DNA of 64,000 bases from Candidatus Woesebacteria bacterium. GTDB lineage: Bacteria; Patescibacteriota; Microgenomatia; UBA8517. Positions 20,665 to 30,681 of this stretch are shown here, in pieces (position 1 is the first letter of the stretch; every line of letters starts with the position of its first letter). A program made the translations under genes and the position numbers. The notes beneath the pieces are model-generated. The model worked only from the letters and a program-made list of their open reading frames with translations, was not told the origin of the DNA and ran no database searches. The DNA is taken from NCBI GenBank assembly GCA_013374835.1, contig CP055307.1, positions 749,304 through 813,303 on the forward strand, written 5' to 3'.

Positions 20665-21459
20665 TTATTCAGAACAAAAAAATCCCCCCACAGGTGAGAT
20701 CTCAGAAAGGCTAATACTGCCGTTAAAAAAAGCCGATGCTGAGCCACCATCCAGATTAATAGCGTCTGCAATGCCCAGATTCGCTTCTTTAGAAATTAAA
20801 TCAACAATCTGGGGAAGATCAGCGAGCATCGGGCCTGAAAATGCCGACTCTTTTGCATAAATCGCAATAAAAACTGCCTTATTTTCTCCGGTAACGGCAG
20901 CTACTATTCTTCTTGAAGGTTTATCATTTTTAATTGACAAAGATAACAAATCCGCATTCTCAATAAGCATTGGGCCGGACTGGAGTGCAATCCTTAAAGG
21001 GTCTTTTGGCAATGTTCTGCTTATCCTTGGAGTATCAAAATAGTTTATTGTAAAAAACGAGTCAAAGAGCTCGCTTTTAATCCTTGGGCTTATTTGCTCC
21101 CCCTCGGAAATAAAAATTCCAAGATGATTTGAATCTTTTGAATAGAAACCAGCACTTGCTAGAAACTTACACCTTAAACTTTCCCTAGCTTCTTTTGCAG
21201 ATACCGAAGCAGCAAGATTTGATATTAGTTTTATTTTTGAAGGATCTTCAGCCAAAAACCAAGCTACTTTAAAATTTTTGTTATTTAAGCTAACTTCTAT
21301 AGTGTTTTGATCCAGCTCGGGAGAAGCACTTAGAACCTTTGATAAAGGGGTTGGGTCTGCATTACCACCAAGTTTATACCGGCTAACTACGGATATCATT
21401 GCAACAAGAAAAACAAGGCCAAAAAGAGAGTAAACTATTTTGAGCGATTTATTATGCAT
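20665..21459 (-). CDS. membrane-anchored phosphodiester glycosidase-like (DUF2233-like) protein
   Basis: N-terminal TM anchor and a C-terminal NLDGGSASAF motif resembling DUF2233. Confidence 0.4.
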   Translation of the reverse strand: MHNKSLKIVYSLFGLVFLVAMISVVSRYKLGGNADPTPLSKVLSASPELDQNTIEVSLNNKNFKVAWFLAEDPSKIKLISNLAASVSAKEARESLRCKFLASAGFYSKDSNHLGIFISEGEQISPRIKSELFDSFFTINYFDTPRISRTLPKDPLRIALQSGPMLIENADLLSLSIKNDKPSRRIVAAVTGENKAVFIAIYAKESAFSGPMLADLPQIVDLISKEANLGIADAINLDGGSASAFFNGSISLSEISPVGGFFCSE

Positions 21460-21533
21460 AACCTATTTTAACTTAACTACTCAAGTACACGACACAAAGG
21501 CTCTTGATATAATCAAAACTAAACTCTTGGGAA

Positions 21534-23249
21534 ATGGAAAATATAAAAATAACATTTGATCGAATACACAATTTTATTTACGCTAATGAGGGCTATTCGA
21601 GACAACAGGCTTTTGATGAATTTATAAAAATACTTTTTATCGGTTTTGTTGATAAAAACATAAGACTCGGGCATTTTTTTATTTCCGATAGAGAATACCG
21701 AATGCTTAATCTTGGAAAAAATTCCACTTCTTTTTCAAAAAGAATAAATGATCTTTATAAAGAAACTAAAAGAATTTATCCTGATGTTTTCGAAAAAGAT
21801 AGCGAAATCAAGCTTAAATCGCTAACGCTTGGATATTCAATTCGCCTTTTGTCCCGGGTTAAATTCGAAAAAATTATGACGCAAATGCCTGGAGCTGCTT
21901 TTCAGAGTTACGTAAATGAAAAACAACGTAGCGAACGCGGACAATTTTTTACCCCGCAAAGCGTTGTTTCAATCTGTGTAGAAAAGATTAAACCAAAAGC
22001 CGGGGAAAGGATTCTCGATCCGGCGTGCGGATCGGGTAGTTTTTTGATTGAGGCAAAAAAATACCTAGGGGAAATGTCAAACGGCAATATATTCGGAATT
22101 GAAATAAATCCAACTATTGCCAGAATAGCTAAAATGAGCGTTATTTTATCGCAATTTGATCCTTCATCAATTATTGTTGCTGATTCTCTAAACAAACAGA
22201 AGACAAAAAAATTCGATGGCTTTGCCGATATTGTTTTTACGAATCCCCCCTTTGGAAAACAGGCCAAAATATCTAACAAAGCCGTACTTTCCGAATACGA
22301 TCTTTATAACGGTAAAGTTAAAAGTGTTGTACCCGAGATACTTTTTGTAGAAAGATCTATTGAAATGGCCCGTGAGGGAGGTGCCATTGTTATTATCCTG
22401 CCAAACGGAAATCTTGAAAATAAAAGCCTTGGCTATGTAAGAGACTATATTAAAGAAAAAACAAAAATAACCGATGTTATTGATCTACCCAAAAGCACTT
22501 TTCAGCCCTTTGGAACTACGGTTAAAACTTCCGTTCTTATTTTAAGAAAAATAAGCAAAGTTTCTCAAAATTACCGGATAGAATTTAAAAAATACATAGA
22601 CGGGATAGGCGTTACTGAAAAATATAATTTAGCCGTAAAGAGAGCTGTCCTTGACAGGTTTGACTATGAGCACAACAAAAATCCTACTAGGAAAAATAAA
22701 AAAGTAACCTACAAAAAAATTTCTGAGATATCTACAATTATATCCGAAAAAGTTGACACCTCGAAACTGTCGGGACAGATAAAATATATTTCTATTTCTG
22801 ATATTGATGCTAAAAGGTTTCAAATAGGAAATTCGCGCGAATATCTTTCGTCAAGCCTTCCAAAAAGAGCTTCGTATTGTATCAAACAAGGAGATTTGCT
22901 TGTTTCACTTGCGGGTGAGTATCTTGGCAGTAAAAGACAGGCGGTTGCTGTTGTTGACAAAAATCATAGCGGAGCTATTGTAAGTAATGGTTTTTGCGTT
23001 TTAAGAAAAGTTAAGATCAATCCGTTTTATTTGCTCTATTTTTTAAAAAGCGAGGATTATTTGTCTCAGATCAAAGCCTTGAAAAAGGGGAGCTTGATTC
23101 CGAGCGTGTCTTTAAATGACTTTAAAAAAATTGAGGTTGCAATACTACCCGAAAAACAAATCAAATCAATATCGAAACGTGTTAAGTACTATTTAGAAGC
23201 CGTAGATAATGAAAAAAAGATTAGAGAAAGTATTTTTGGGGATTTTTAG
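21534..23249 (+). CDS. gamma-class N6-adenine DNA methyltransferase fused to an HsdS-like target-recognition domain
   Basis: HsdM-like N-terminal domain. Motif I (DPACGSGSF) precedes motif IV (NPPFG). The C-terminal roughly 170 aa resemble one type I S-subunit TRD (GSLIPSVSLNDFKKIEV...). Confidence 0.75.
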   Translation: MENIKITFDRIHNFIYANEGYSRQQAFDEFIKILFIGFVDKNIRLGHFFISDREYRMLNLGKNSTSFSKRINDLYKETKRIYPDVFEKDSEIKLKSLTLGYSIRLLSRVKFEKIMTQMPGAAFQSYVNEKQRSERGQFFTPQSVVSICVEKIKPKAGERILDPACGSGSFLIEAKKYLGEMSNGNIFGIEINPTIARIAKMSVILSQFDPSSIIVADSLNKQKTKKFDGFADIVFTNPPFGKQAKISNKAVLSEYDLYNGKVKSVVPEILFVERSIEMAREGGAIVIILPNGNLENKSLGYVRDYIKEKTKITDVIDLPKSTFQPFGTTVKTSVLILRKISKVSQNYRIEFKKYIDGIGVTEKYNLAVKRAVLDRFDYEHNKNPTRKNKKVTYKKISEISTIISEKVDTSKLSGQIKYISISDIDAKRFQIGNSREYLSSSLPKRASYCIKQGDLLVSLAGEYLGSKRQAVAVVDKNHSGAIVSNGFCVLRKVKINPFYLLYFLKSEDYLSQIKALKKGSLIPSVSLNDFKKIEVAILPEKQIKSISKRVKYYLEAVDNEKKIRESIFGDF

Positions 23250-23396
23250 CTTGGCAGGAAATTGAATGAAGGAATGGCAATTTGGCCAAGATAGGAAAGA
23301 ATGAGAAGAATTATTGCAAATGCTATAACTATGGTTAAAAGAAATTTACCCATTGAAAAATAATATCACAATTTCTCTCATGATAAAATAAGTTTT

Positions 23397-24221
23397 ATGC
23401 AAAAGGATAAATTTAAAGCGCTTTGGGTATCACACAGCTCAATAGGAGACTTTCTTAAATGCCCGCGGCTTTATTACTTTCGTAATATTTATAAAGATCC
23501 TTTAAGTGGGCATAAAATAACTTTGATGAATCCTCCGCTTGCTTTGGGCCAAGCAGTACATGACACCATAGAATCACTATCTAGAATTCCTTGTTCTGAA
23601 CGCTTTAGAACCGATCTTGAGAAAAAATTCGCACAGTCTTGGCAAAAAGTGACTGGAAAAAAGGGCGGCTTTAAAAGCAAGGAAGAAGAAAGCCGTGAAT
23701 ATGAGCGCGGCATTGAAATGATTAGAAAAATAAAATCAAATCCAGGCCCTCTTTTGAACAAGGCGATCAAGATAAAATCCCAACTTCCGTGGTATTGGCT
23801 ATCGTTGGAAGAAGAAATTATTCTCTGCGGGAAGATCGACTGGATAGAATACAATGAAGAAACTAATAACGTTCATATTATTGACTTTAAAACGGGACGA
23901 GTTGAAGAAGACGATAACTCTTTGCAACTTCCGATTTATTTGCTACTTGCCAGCAACACACAAAAAAGAGCTGTTGAGAAAGCAAGCTACTGGTATCTTG
24001 AGCGAAACGATTCTCCAACGACGATGAAGTTGCCTGATATTGCAAGCTCTTACGATGCTGTTTATAAAGAAGCAAAAAGGATTAAACTCGCAAGACAGCT
24101 TGAGCACTTTAAATGCCCCAAAGGAGGATGTAAATACTGTACGCCAATCGAGCATGTTGCGAACGGCAAGGGAGAGCTTGTCGGGCTTAGTGAATATAAT
24201 CAAGACATTTATATTCTTTAG
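23397..24221 (+). CDS. Cas4/RecB-like PD-(D/E)xK nuclease with a probable Fe-S Cys cluster
   Basis: The IIDFKTG (D-x-K) nuclease core. One N-terminal Cys (LKCPRLYY) plus C-terminal C-x4-C-x2-C (CPKGGCKYC), as in Cas4/AddB. Confidence 0.65.
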   Translation: MQKDKFKALWVSHSSIGDFLKCPRLYYFRNIYKDPLSGHKITLMNPPLALGQAVHDTIESLSRIPCSERFRTDLEKKFAQSWQKVTGKKGGFKSKEEESREYERGIEMIRKIKSNPGPLLNKAIKIKSQLPWYWLSLEEEIILCGKIDWIEYNEETNNVHIIDFKTGRVEEDDNSLQLPIYLLLASNTQKRAVEKASYWYLERNDSPTTMKLPDIASSYDAVYKEAKRIKLARQLEHFKCPKGGCKYCTPIEHVANGKGELVGLSEYNQDIYIL

Positions 24222-24245
24222 AGAATATTTTAAAATAAACAAACT

Positions 24246-24602
24246 ATGAGTGAAAAAGTAGTAGGGTATATTTTTCTGGTTTTGGGTGTTTTAATTATTT
24301 TGTATTCCGGCATAAATGTCTATCGGGTATATACAAGAAAAATATCTGCAATTTCTCTATTTCATTTTGAACCGGTTTCTATTGAAATGCCGGTTGAGGG
24401 AAGCAGGGAGAGGTTAAGGATCGAGATTCTTTCTGAAAGAGAATTAAACGAGACATCAAATGTAATTGCGCATACCATACTCATGGGTTTTATAGGTGGG
24501 GTAGGGTATAAAATATCTAAAATCGGAGTATATATCTTAAGACCTATAGTTGTAAATCTAAAAGAAAAAGGGGAGGGAGTTAGTGAAGAAAAAAAAATTT
24601 AA
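24246..24602 (+). CDS. hypothetical small membrane protein
   Basis: N-terminal TM helix. No recognisable family. Confidence 0.35.
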   Translation: MSEKVVGYIFLVLGVLIILYSGINVYRVYTRKISAISLFHFEPVSIEMPVEGSRERLRIEILSERELNETSNVIAHTILMGFIGGVGYKISKIGVYILRPIVVNLKEKGEGVSEEKKI

Positions 24603-24621
24603 AAAAAGCAAAAAGGATAAA

Positions 24622-24774
24622 ATGATTTTTGGAATTATCGGAGGTATGGCAGAATACTTTCAAATAGACAGCACAGTACTTAGGATTATATTTCTTGTAA
24701 TTGCCTCTTTGAGCGGTTTTGTGCCCGGTATAATGGCTTATTTTCTATCTTTTTTTATAGTTCCAAACAAGTAA
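24622..24774 (+). CDS. PspC-domain membrane protein
   Basis: MIFGIIGGMAEYFQIDSTVLRIIFLV matches the PspC domain. Start moved to the internal ATG. Confidence 0.5.
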   Translation: MIFGIIGGMAEYFQIDSTVLRIIFLVIASLSGFVPGIMAYFLSFFIVPNK

Positions 24775-24786
24775 AATAGGTAATAT

Positions 24787-25089
24787 ATGTTAAGCCGAAT
24801 ATATATTGGCAATATTAATTTCGATGCCACAAATAAGGATTTGATAAATCTTTTTTCAAAATACGGCGAAATAGTAGAATTAATGGTAATTCCCGACAAA
24901 AGCTTGAAAAATAAAAATAAAGGATATGGGTTTGTGACATTTTTCGAGAACGAGTCTGCAAAAAAAGCTGTTTTGGAATTAAACGGAACGCTTTTTATGG
25001 GCAGAAGGCTCGTTGTTGACTACGCAAAAAACAGCAAAGAAGACAAGCCCGACGATGTTTTTAGCGGGACAGTTTATGAAAATAAGTAA
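24787..25089 (+). CDS. RRM-type RNA-binding protein
   Basis: RNP2 (IYIGNI) and RNP1 (KGYGFVTF) motifs. Confidence 0.75.
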   Translation: MLSRIYIGNINFDATNKDLINLFSKYGEIVELMVIPDKSLKNKNKGYGFVTFFENESAKKAVLELNGTLFMGRRLVVDYAKNSKEDKPDDVFSGTVYENK

Positions 25090-25091
25090 AA

Positions 25092-25331
25092 ATGAATACT
25101 TGGTATAAGAAATTATTAAAACAGTATGGGCCTATTTTTTTAATAGTCTTTGTGGTAAGTTTTTTTGCGCTTATAACACTGTCTTCTAGGATTGACTTTC
25201 CTACATTTCCTGGGGACATATCGATTGAAGTTTTGGGAATAAGAATTTATCTCCCAATTACTAGTGCATCTGCTTTTTCTTTTTTTGTGATCGCTTTGAT
25301 AGAAATGTATAGATTTATGAAAAAATTTTAA
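25092..25331 (+). CDS. hypothetical small membrane protein
   Basis: Two predicted TM helices. Followed by a terminator. Confidence 0.4.
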   Translation: MNTWYKKLLKQYGPIFLIVFVVSFFALITLSSRIDFPTFPGDISIEVLGIRIYLPITSASAFSFFVIALIEMYRFMKKF

Positions 25332-25395
25332 ACTTCTCAGCCTCAAAACATCCTTGCTTAGGAGGAGTCTTAGAGGTAAAATATTAATAGGCGTA

Positions 25396-25424
25396 TTATA
25401 GCGCCTACTTTTTTTTCAAATTAA
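25396..25424 (+). terminator. rho-independent terminator (TAGGCG-loop-CGCCTA + T8)
   Basis: A 6-bp GC-rich stem with an 8-nt loop, followed by CTTTTTTTT, just upstream of gyrA. Confidence 0.5.
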
Positions 25425-25425
25425 T

Positions 25426-28068
25426 ATGACAGTTAGGAAAGCAGACATAATACCCACGGCAATTTCCGAGGAACTTTCCAAAAGCTACCTGGATTACGCA
25501 ATGAGCGTAATCGTAGCTCGTGCGCTTCCCGATATAAGAGATGGGCTCAAACCAGTCCACAGAAGGATCCTTTATGCCATGCATCAGATGGGTCTTGGGC
25601 CTAAATCTAGTTATTCAAAAAGCGCGAAAGTTGTGGGTGAGGTGCTTGGAAAATACCATCCGCACGGAGATTCTTCGGTATATGACGCAATGGTCAGGAT
25701 GGCACAGGAATTTTCTATGAGATACCCTCTTGTTGACGGACAGGGAAACTTCGGATCCGTTGACGGGGATCCTCCGGCGGCCATGCGTTATACAGAAGCG
25801 AGACTTGCCCCAATTTCCACCCCCATGCTTTCTGATATCGAAAAGGATACCGTTGAATTTATGGATAATTTTGACGCAACATTAAAGGAGCCTGTTTATC
25901 TACCGGCCTTACTTCCAAATCTGCTTCTTATGGGATCCGAAGGTATAGCTGTGGGAATGGCTACGAAAATTCCGCCCCACAACCTTACCGAGGTAGCAAA
26001 CGCAATTGTTGCCATGATTAAAAGAGGCAAGGCGATTTATGAAAATGCCGGCAAAAAAAATGAAAAAAACGAAGCCGACTTTTTTATAAAAAAAATAAGC
26101 TTAATAGCTTCCGGAAAAGAAGCGGGTTTTGAAGAAGATGAACTTAAGGTAGAAGATATAAGTTTTGAGACTGATATTACCGTTGAAGAATTGCTTATGC
26201 ACATTCAAGGGCCTGATTTTCCAACCGGAGGAGCAATTTACGGGGCCAGAAATCTTGTAGACATGTATGCAACAGGAAGAGGAAAAGTCACTGTAAGAGG
26301 AATTGCAGAAATAAAAGAATCAAGCCAAGGTAAATCAATAATTGAAATAACAGAACTTCCATATCAGGTAAATAAGGCTCTTTTTGTTGAACAGATAGCC
26401 GATCTTGTCAGAGACAAAAAGCTTGGCGGGATATCTACTCTTCGGGATGAATCGGACAAAGAAGGGATGAGCATTATTATTGAGCTTAAAAGGGATGCTA
26501 AGCCAAAGAATATTCTTAACAACATCTATAAACACACAAGGCTTCAGACGAGCTTTCCGTCAAATTTTGTAGCCTTGGTAAATGGCACACCCCATACCGT
26601 AAATCTTAAACAGATTCTTGTCGAATATGTAAAGCACAGGCAAAAGGTAGTTACCCGAAGGACAATTTTCGAGCTAACTGCGGCAAAAAGAAGGGTTCAT
26701 ATATTAGAGGGACTAAAAATTGCTTTGGATAATCTTGACGATGTGATTGCTACTATCAGAAAAAGCAGAACCCAGGATGATGCCAAAACGAACCTTATAA
26801 AAAAGTTTTCTTTTACGGAAATTCAAGCTACTGCGATACTTGATATGCAGCTTAGACGCTTAGCCGCTCTTGAACGCGAAAAAATCGAAAAAGAGTATGA
26901 AGAAGTAAAAAAGCTTGTTGATAAGCTGACTGCGATATTAAGAGACCCACAAAAAGTGCTTGACGTTGTTTCCGAAGAGGTAGAACAGTTAAAGAAAGCT
27001 TACGGAGACAAAAGAAGGACTAGAATTTATAAACAAAAAATAGGTGATTTCTCAGAAGAGGATCTAATAGCCAAGGAAGATATTCTTATTACGGTAACAA
27101 AAACGGGATATGTTAAAAGGGTGCCGAGAGGTATATACAAAGCCCAAAGAAGAGGCGGAAAGGGAGTTCTTGGCATGACCACTAAAGAAGAGGATGAGAT
27201 AGAACATCTTGTTTCGGCAACCACTCATGATACTATTCTTTTCTTTACGAATCTTGGCAAGGTGTACGGCACAAAAGCTTGGGAAATTCCCGAAACAAGC
27301 AGACAATCAAAGGGACAGGCGCTGGTAAATATAATAGATCTTGATCAGAACGAGCTTGTAATGTCTCTTGTCACAGTAAACGGAGATCCCGGATCCAACA
27401 ATCTTATTATGTGTACCTCGAGAGGTGTTGTTAAAAAAACATCTATGAAGCATTTTACAAACCTTCGCTCCAACGGGCTTATTGCTATTAGGCTTACCGA
27501 GGGAGATAGTTTGGTAAGGGTCGCCGCAAGTAGCGGAGATGACCATGTAATGCTTTTTTCTGCCGAGGGAAAGACGATTCGTTTTTCTGAAAAAAATGTA
27601 CGCAACATGGGAAGAGCAACTACGGGTGTAAAGGGAATCGATTTATCGCATACCGACAGGGTTATTAGTATGGAGGTTTTCCCGGAAAAAATTAAAAAAT
27701 CAAACGACAAAAGGATAAAGTACTTTAGAGACATTCTGACCTTAAGCGAGCGGGGTTACGGTAAAAGAACCAAGGTGGAGCTTTTTCCTGTACAAAAAAG
27801 GGCCGGTAAGGGTGTACGAGCGGCTATTGTAAACCAAAAAACAGGAAAAGTAGCTGCCGTGACATTGGTAACACAAAAAAGCGAACAAGTGGTTATTACA
27901 AGTACGCATGGACAAATAATTAAACTGCCAGTAAGAAATATCCCTCAAATGGGCAGGGCTACTCAAGGAGTTATTTTAATGAGATTTGCGAAAAAAGACG
28001 ATAGGGTGGCTGCGATAACAACTCTTAACAAATCTCAAAATGTAAAGCTTGAAAAGAAAGTTATATAA
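25426..28068 (+). CDS. gyrA: DNA gyrase subunit A
   Basis: 880 aa. Active-site region AMRYTEARL and a C-terminal beta-pinwheel. Carries a roughly 47-aa insertion before GPDFPTGG. Confidence 0.9.
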   Translation: MTVRKADIIPTAISEELSKSYLDYAMSVIVARALPDIRDGLKPVHRRILYAMHQMGLGPKSSYSKSAKVVGEVLGKYHPHGDSSVYDAMVRMAQEFSMRYPLVDGQGNFGSVDGDPPAAMRYTEARLAPISTPMLSDIEKDTVEFMDNFDATLKEPVYLPALLPNLLLMGSEGIAVGMATKIPPHNLTEVANAIVAMIKRGKAIYENAGKKNEKNEADFFIKKISLIASGKEAGFEEDELKVEDISFETDITVEELLMHIQGPDFPTGGAIYGARNLVDMYATGRGKVTVRGIAEIKESSQGKSIIEITELPYQVNKALFVEQIADLVRDKKLGGISTLRDESDKEGMSIIIELKRDAKPKNILNNIYKHTRLQTSFPSNFVALVNGTPHTVNLKQILVEYVKHRQKVVTRRTIFELTAAKRRVHILEGLKIALDNLDDVIATIRKSRTQDDAKTNLIKKFSFTEIQATAILDMQLRRLAALEREKIEKEYEEVKKLVDKLTAILRDPQKVLDVVSEEVEQLKKAYGDKRRTRIYKQKIGDFSEEDLIAKEDILITVTKTGYVKRVPRGIYKAQRRGGKGVLGMTTKEEDEIEHLVSATTHDTILFFTNLGKVYGTKAWEIPETSRQSKGQALVNIIDLDQNELVMSLVTVNGDPGSNNLIMCTSRGVVKKTSMKHFTNLRSNGLIAIRLTEGDSLVRVAASSGDDHVMLFSAEGKTIRFSEKNVRNMGRATTGVKGIDLSHTDRVISMEVFPEKIKKSNDKRIKYFRDILTLSERGYGKRTKVELFPVQKRAGKGVRAAIVNQKTGKVAAVTLVTQKSEQVVITSTHGQIIKLPVRNIPQMGRATQGVILMRFAKKDDRVAAITTLNKSQNVKLEKKVI

Positions 28069-28072
28069 AATT

Positions 28073-29026
28073 TTACCTTCCTTTGGCGTGGAAGGTTTCA
28101 TGAATATCTTTTAGGTGTTTGTCTGTTACGTGAGTATAAACTTGGGTCGTAACGATATTTTTGTGGCCGAGCATTTCTTGGACCGAGCGGAGATCAGCTC
28201 CTGCTATCAAGAGATCCGTAGCGAATGAATGTCTAAGAACGTGCGGTGTAACATCTACTGCTATTTTTACTTTTCTTGCGTATTTTTTGACCATTCTTTG
28301 AACAGATCTCGGAGTAAGGCGCATTTTCTCGTCTGGGTGTGAAACGTCCATTTTACCTTTATGGCGTATAAAAAGCGGCCTTAAACGATCAGATCTTGCT
28401 TTAAGATAGTTTTCTACCCAATCTGCAGCTCTTTTGGAAAGAAACACAACCCTTGACCTGCCGCCTTTTCCTATTACATTAAACTCACGCCTTTGGAGAT
28501 CAAGCCTCTCTCGATCAAGCTTAACTAGCTCTGAAACCCTAAGCCCCGTTGAAAAAAGAACCTCAAGGATTGCTTTATCTCTTTTTCCAGTAATTTTGCT
28601 AAGCGAAGGTGCGCTTAGCAACCTGTCAATCTGATCTCCTGTGAGAAATTTGATTTGTCTATCTTCAATTTTGGGAAGATCAATTTTATCCGGGGACATT
28701 ACTTTGTAATCATTTTTTATAAGCCATTTGAGAAACGACCTTATAGCAATTGCGTGATATCCTTGCGTGCGTTTGGTGAGGGGATTTCCCTTGGCGTCTA
28801 ATAGTCTCGACAGATATATTCTATAATCTCGCATTGTTTGGGGGTTTATATTTGACAAAGTTTTCTTTAAGTTTTGTTCTTCAAGCCAGTTTGTAAATCT
28901 ATTTAAGTAGTGATTGTAATTTCTAATTGTCAGGGGAGAGGCCCCCTTTTCCACCTCAAGATATTGAAGATAAGAATAGATCTTCATTTCAAGCTCAGAG
29001 TCTTTTTTAACTTTTTGGGCAGTCAT
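28073..29026 (-). CDS. tyrosine site-specific recombinase (XerC/XerD family)
   Basis: R...HxxR...Y catalytic residues (HVLRHSFATDLL...GHKNIVTTQVYTHV) and an N-terminal SAM-like core-binding domain. Confidence 0.85.
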   Translation of the reverse strand: MTAQKVKKDSELEMKIYSYLQYLEVEKGASPLTIRNYNHYLNRFTNWLEEQNLKKTLSNINPQTMRDYRIYLSRLLDAKGNPLTKRTQGYHAIAIRSFLKWLIKNDYKVMSPDKIDLPKIEDRQIKFLTGDQIDRLLSAPSLSKITGKRDKAILEVLFSTGLRVSELVKLDRERLDLQRREFNVIGKGGRSRVVFLSKRAADWVENYLKARSDRLRPLFIRHKGKMDVSHPDEKMRLTPRSVQRMVKKYARKVKIAVDVTPHVLRHSFATDLLIAGADLRSVQEMLGHKNIVTTQVYTHVTDKHLKDIHETFHAKGR

Positions 29027-29138
29027 TTTTTTAAATTGGAAAAAGTGCTTTTAATAGAGCAGGGTAGAGACGCTTATTATAATAAAGTTAAGCATAAATT
29101 GCTTTTGATGTCAACATATTGTGCGACAATGATTTTTA

Positions 29139-29903
29139 TTATTCTTTTGGAAAAAATACATTTTCTTTTAAAATAGCATTATATATCTCCCACATATATG
29201 TCGGATAGCGTCTGTTTATGTGAATAAGCATTGGATGCTTACCCAATCTATTTGGTGTTTTGCCATAGGTTAGAAAGACTACTGTTGTATCAGGACACTC
29301 TTTAAGAATCGTTTTTGCTTGGTGTTCTGAGTCTTCAAAATGCAAGCAAGAACCTAATTCTCTAACTCTTTTGGCCTTAAAAATTCCACCTTCTAGGCTT
29401 AAATTTTCCCTTATAAAGATGTTTTCTTTTGGGAAAAAAGGAGCGTATTCTTTAAACCAATCGACTGTTGAGTCATTAAAAGCCGGATCTCTTGAGGTAA
29501 TTACATAGACTGCAGAATCTTTTCTATCTAAAGAGTGTGTATAGATCCGCTTTAAAAAATGGATAGCCCCCGGGATTGGAAGCGACTGCCTTAACACTTC
29601 CGGATTAGACCAAAGATCCTCGATTTCATTGGCACTTTCTTCACTCAACCCAGCTTGAAGAGCGATTGATCTTAGGGCTCCCCAGTCATCTATTTCGTTT
29701 GGATCAAAATAAACATTGTACCTATCTGAGGCTATGGCAGTTACTATCGCAGCTGAGTGTGCAAGAACTCCGTCTATGTCGAAAGTGATAACTGGATATC
29801 TTGAAAATAGGCGATCAAGGCGGGTGTCAATTCGATTATTTAATTCCAAAGCCCTTTCTTTATTCATAATCAGCTGTATAACAGAGTAGGGGAAAATGAT
29901 CAA
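29139..29903 (-). CDS. HAD-superfamily 5'(3')-deoxyribonucleotidase-like (NT5C-like) protein
   Basis: HAD motif I FDIDGVLA near the N-terminus. Confidence 0.45.
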   Translation of the reverse strand: MIIFPYSVIQLIMNKERALELNNRIDTRLDRLFSRYPVITFDIDGVLAHSAAIVTAIASDRYNVYFDPNEIDDWGALRSIALQAGLSEESANEIEDLWSNPEVLRQSLPIPGAIHFLKRIYTHSLDRKDSAVYVITSRDPAFNDSTVDWFKEYAPFFPKENIFIRENLSLEGGIFKAKRVRELGSCLHFEDSEHQAKTILKECPDTTVVFLTYGKTPNRLGKHPMLIHINRRYPTYMWEIYNAILKENVFFPKE

Positions 29904-30681
29904 GTAGAAAATATATTGTGCGACTAATAATTAAATTGTCAATATTTAGACGTCAAATGTCAAATAGCAAATGTCAGATGCAGAAAAAAATTTTTAGTAG
30001 TTTATTTTAGTCATTAAATCTATAATCATCAATTTATTTTATCGTTTTTTAAAAGTCATTAATAACAAAAGCCTGTTAAAATGGCTTTACCAGATCGATT
30101 CTAAGGCCTGTCTAAACATAAAGACGATACTTATATCATCTTTTTTATTTATGTGTGTATTGTTAATCCCGTAAAATTGGAATTTTCACACTATCTTTAT
30201 ACACGTTTTTAAATAAAAATATTTCGTATAAAGTTTGTGAATAAAAAATATAAAAGTTTTTGGAAATAGGGTTTTTTAGGTAATATTAATTAGTTTATTA
30301 ATTGATAGAGACACGCCGCGGTAGTTGATTACAAATGATGTTTATTCTCCACTCTTATTTTTATATATGTCGTAAAAGTTATATTGTACGACTATGTATT
30401 TAAGAGACAGTTTTTAGGGAAAGTAGCAGTATTTTAAAAAAGTAGTAATAACTTTAGTGTTGTGAAGTTGTCATTTGATGTTAAAAAACAAATGCTCTTG
30501 TCTGTCTATCAAGAGTAAATTGAATTTAATAACTATATCAAATGATATCATTTGTGAAAAAACCTATAATTTTTTGTGAAAAATAATGAATAAAATAATT
30601 AAACTATAGGACTATAGGACATTTGTTTACCCCTCTCCCCTATCTCCTGCTGACGATATTTATTAAAAAATCTAAGCTTAA
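29904..30681. other. 780-bp AT-rich ORF-free tract with iteron-like repeats and palindromes
   Basis: No ORF of 60 aa or more on either strand. GTCAAAT-type repeats at 29938-29985. A perfect 16-bp palindrome CAAATGATATCATTTG at about 30541-30556. Direct repeats TTTTGTGAAAAA x2 and CTATAGGA x2. Confidence 0.5.

Noticed and set aside
20496-20714. 72-aa ORF in the M16 peptidase / DUF2233 intergenic region
   Set aside because: Basic low-complexity translation that overlaps the end of the minus-strand gene. It is likely non-coding promoter DNA.
29904-30681. oriC with DnaA boxes
   Set aside because: No TTATCCACA or TGTGGATAA 9-mers, and dnaA/dnaN are not adjacent. This is kept only as a generic AT-rich regulatory or possible dif region in the findings.
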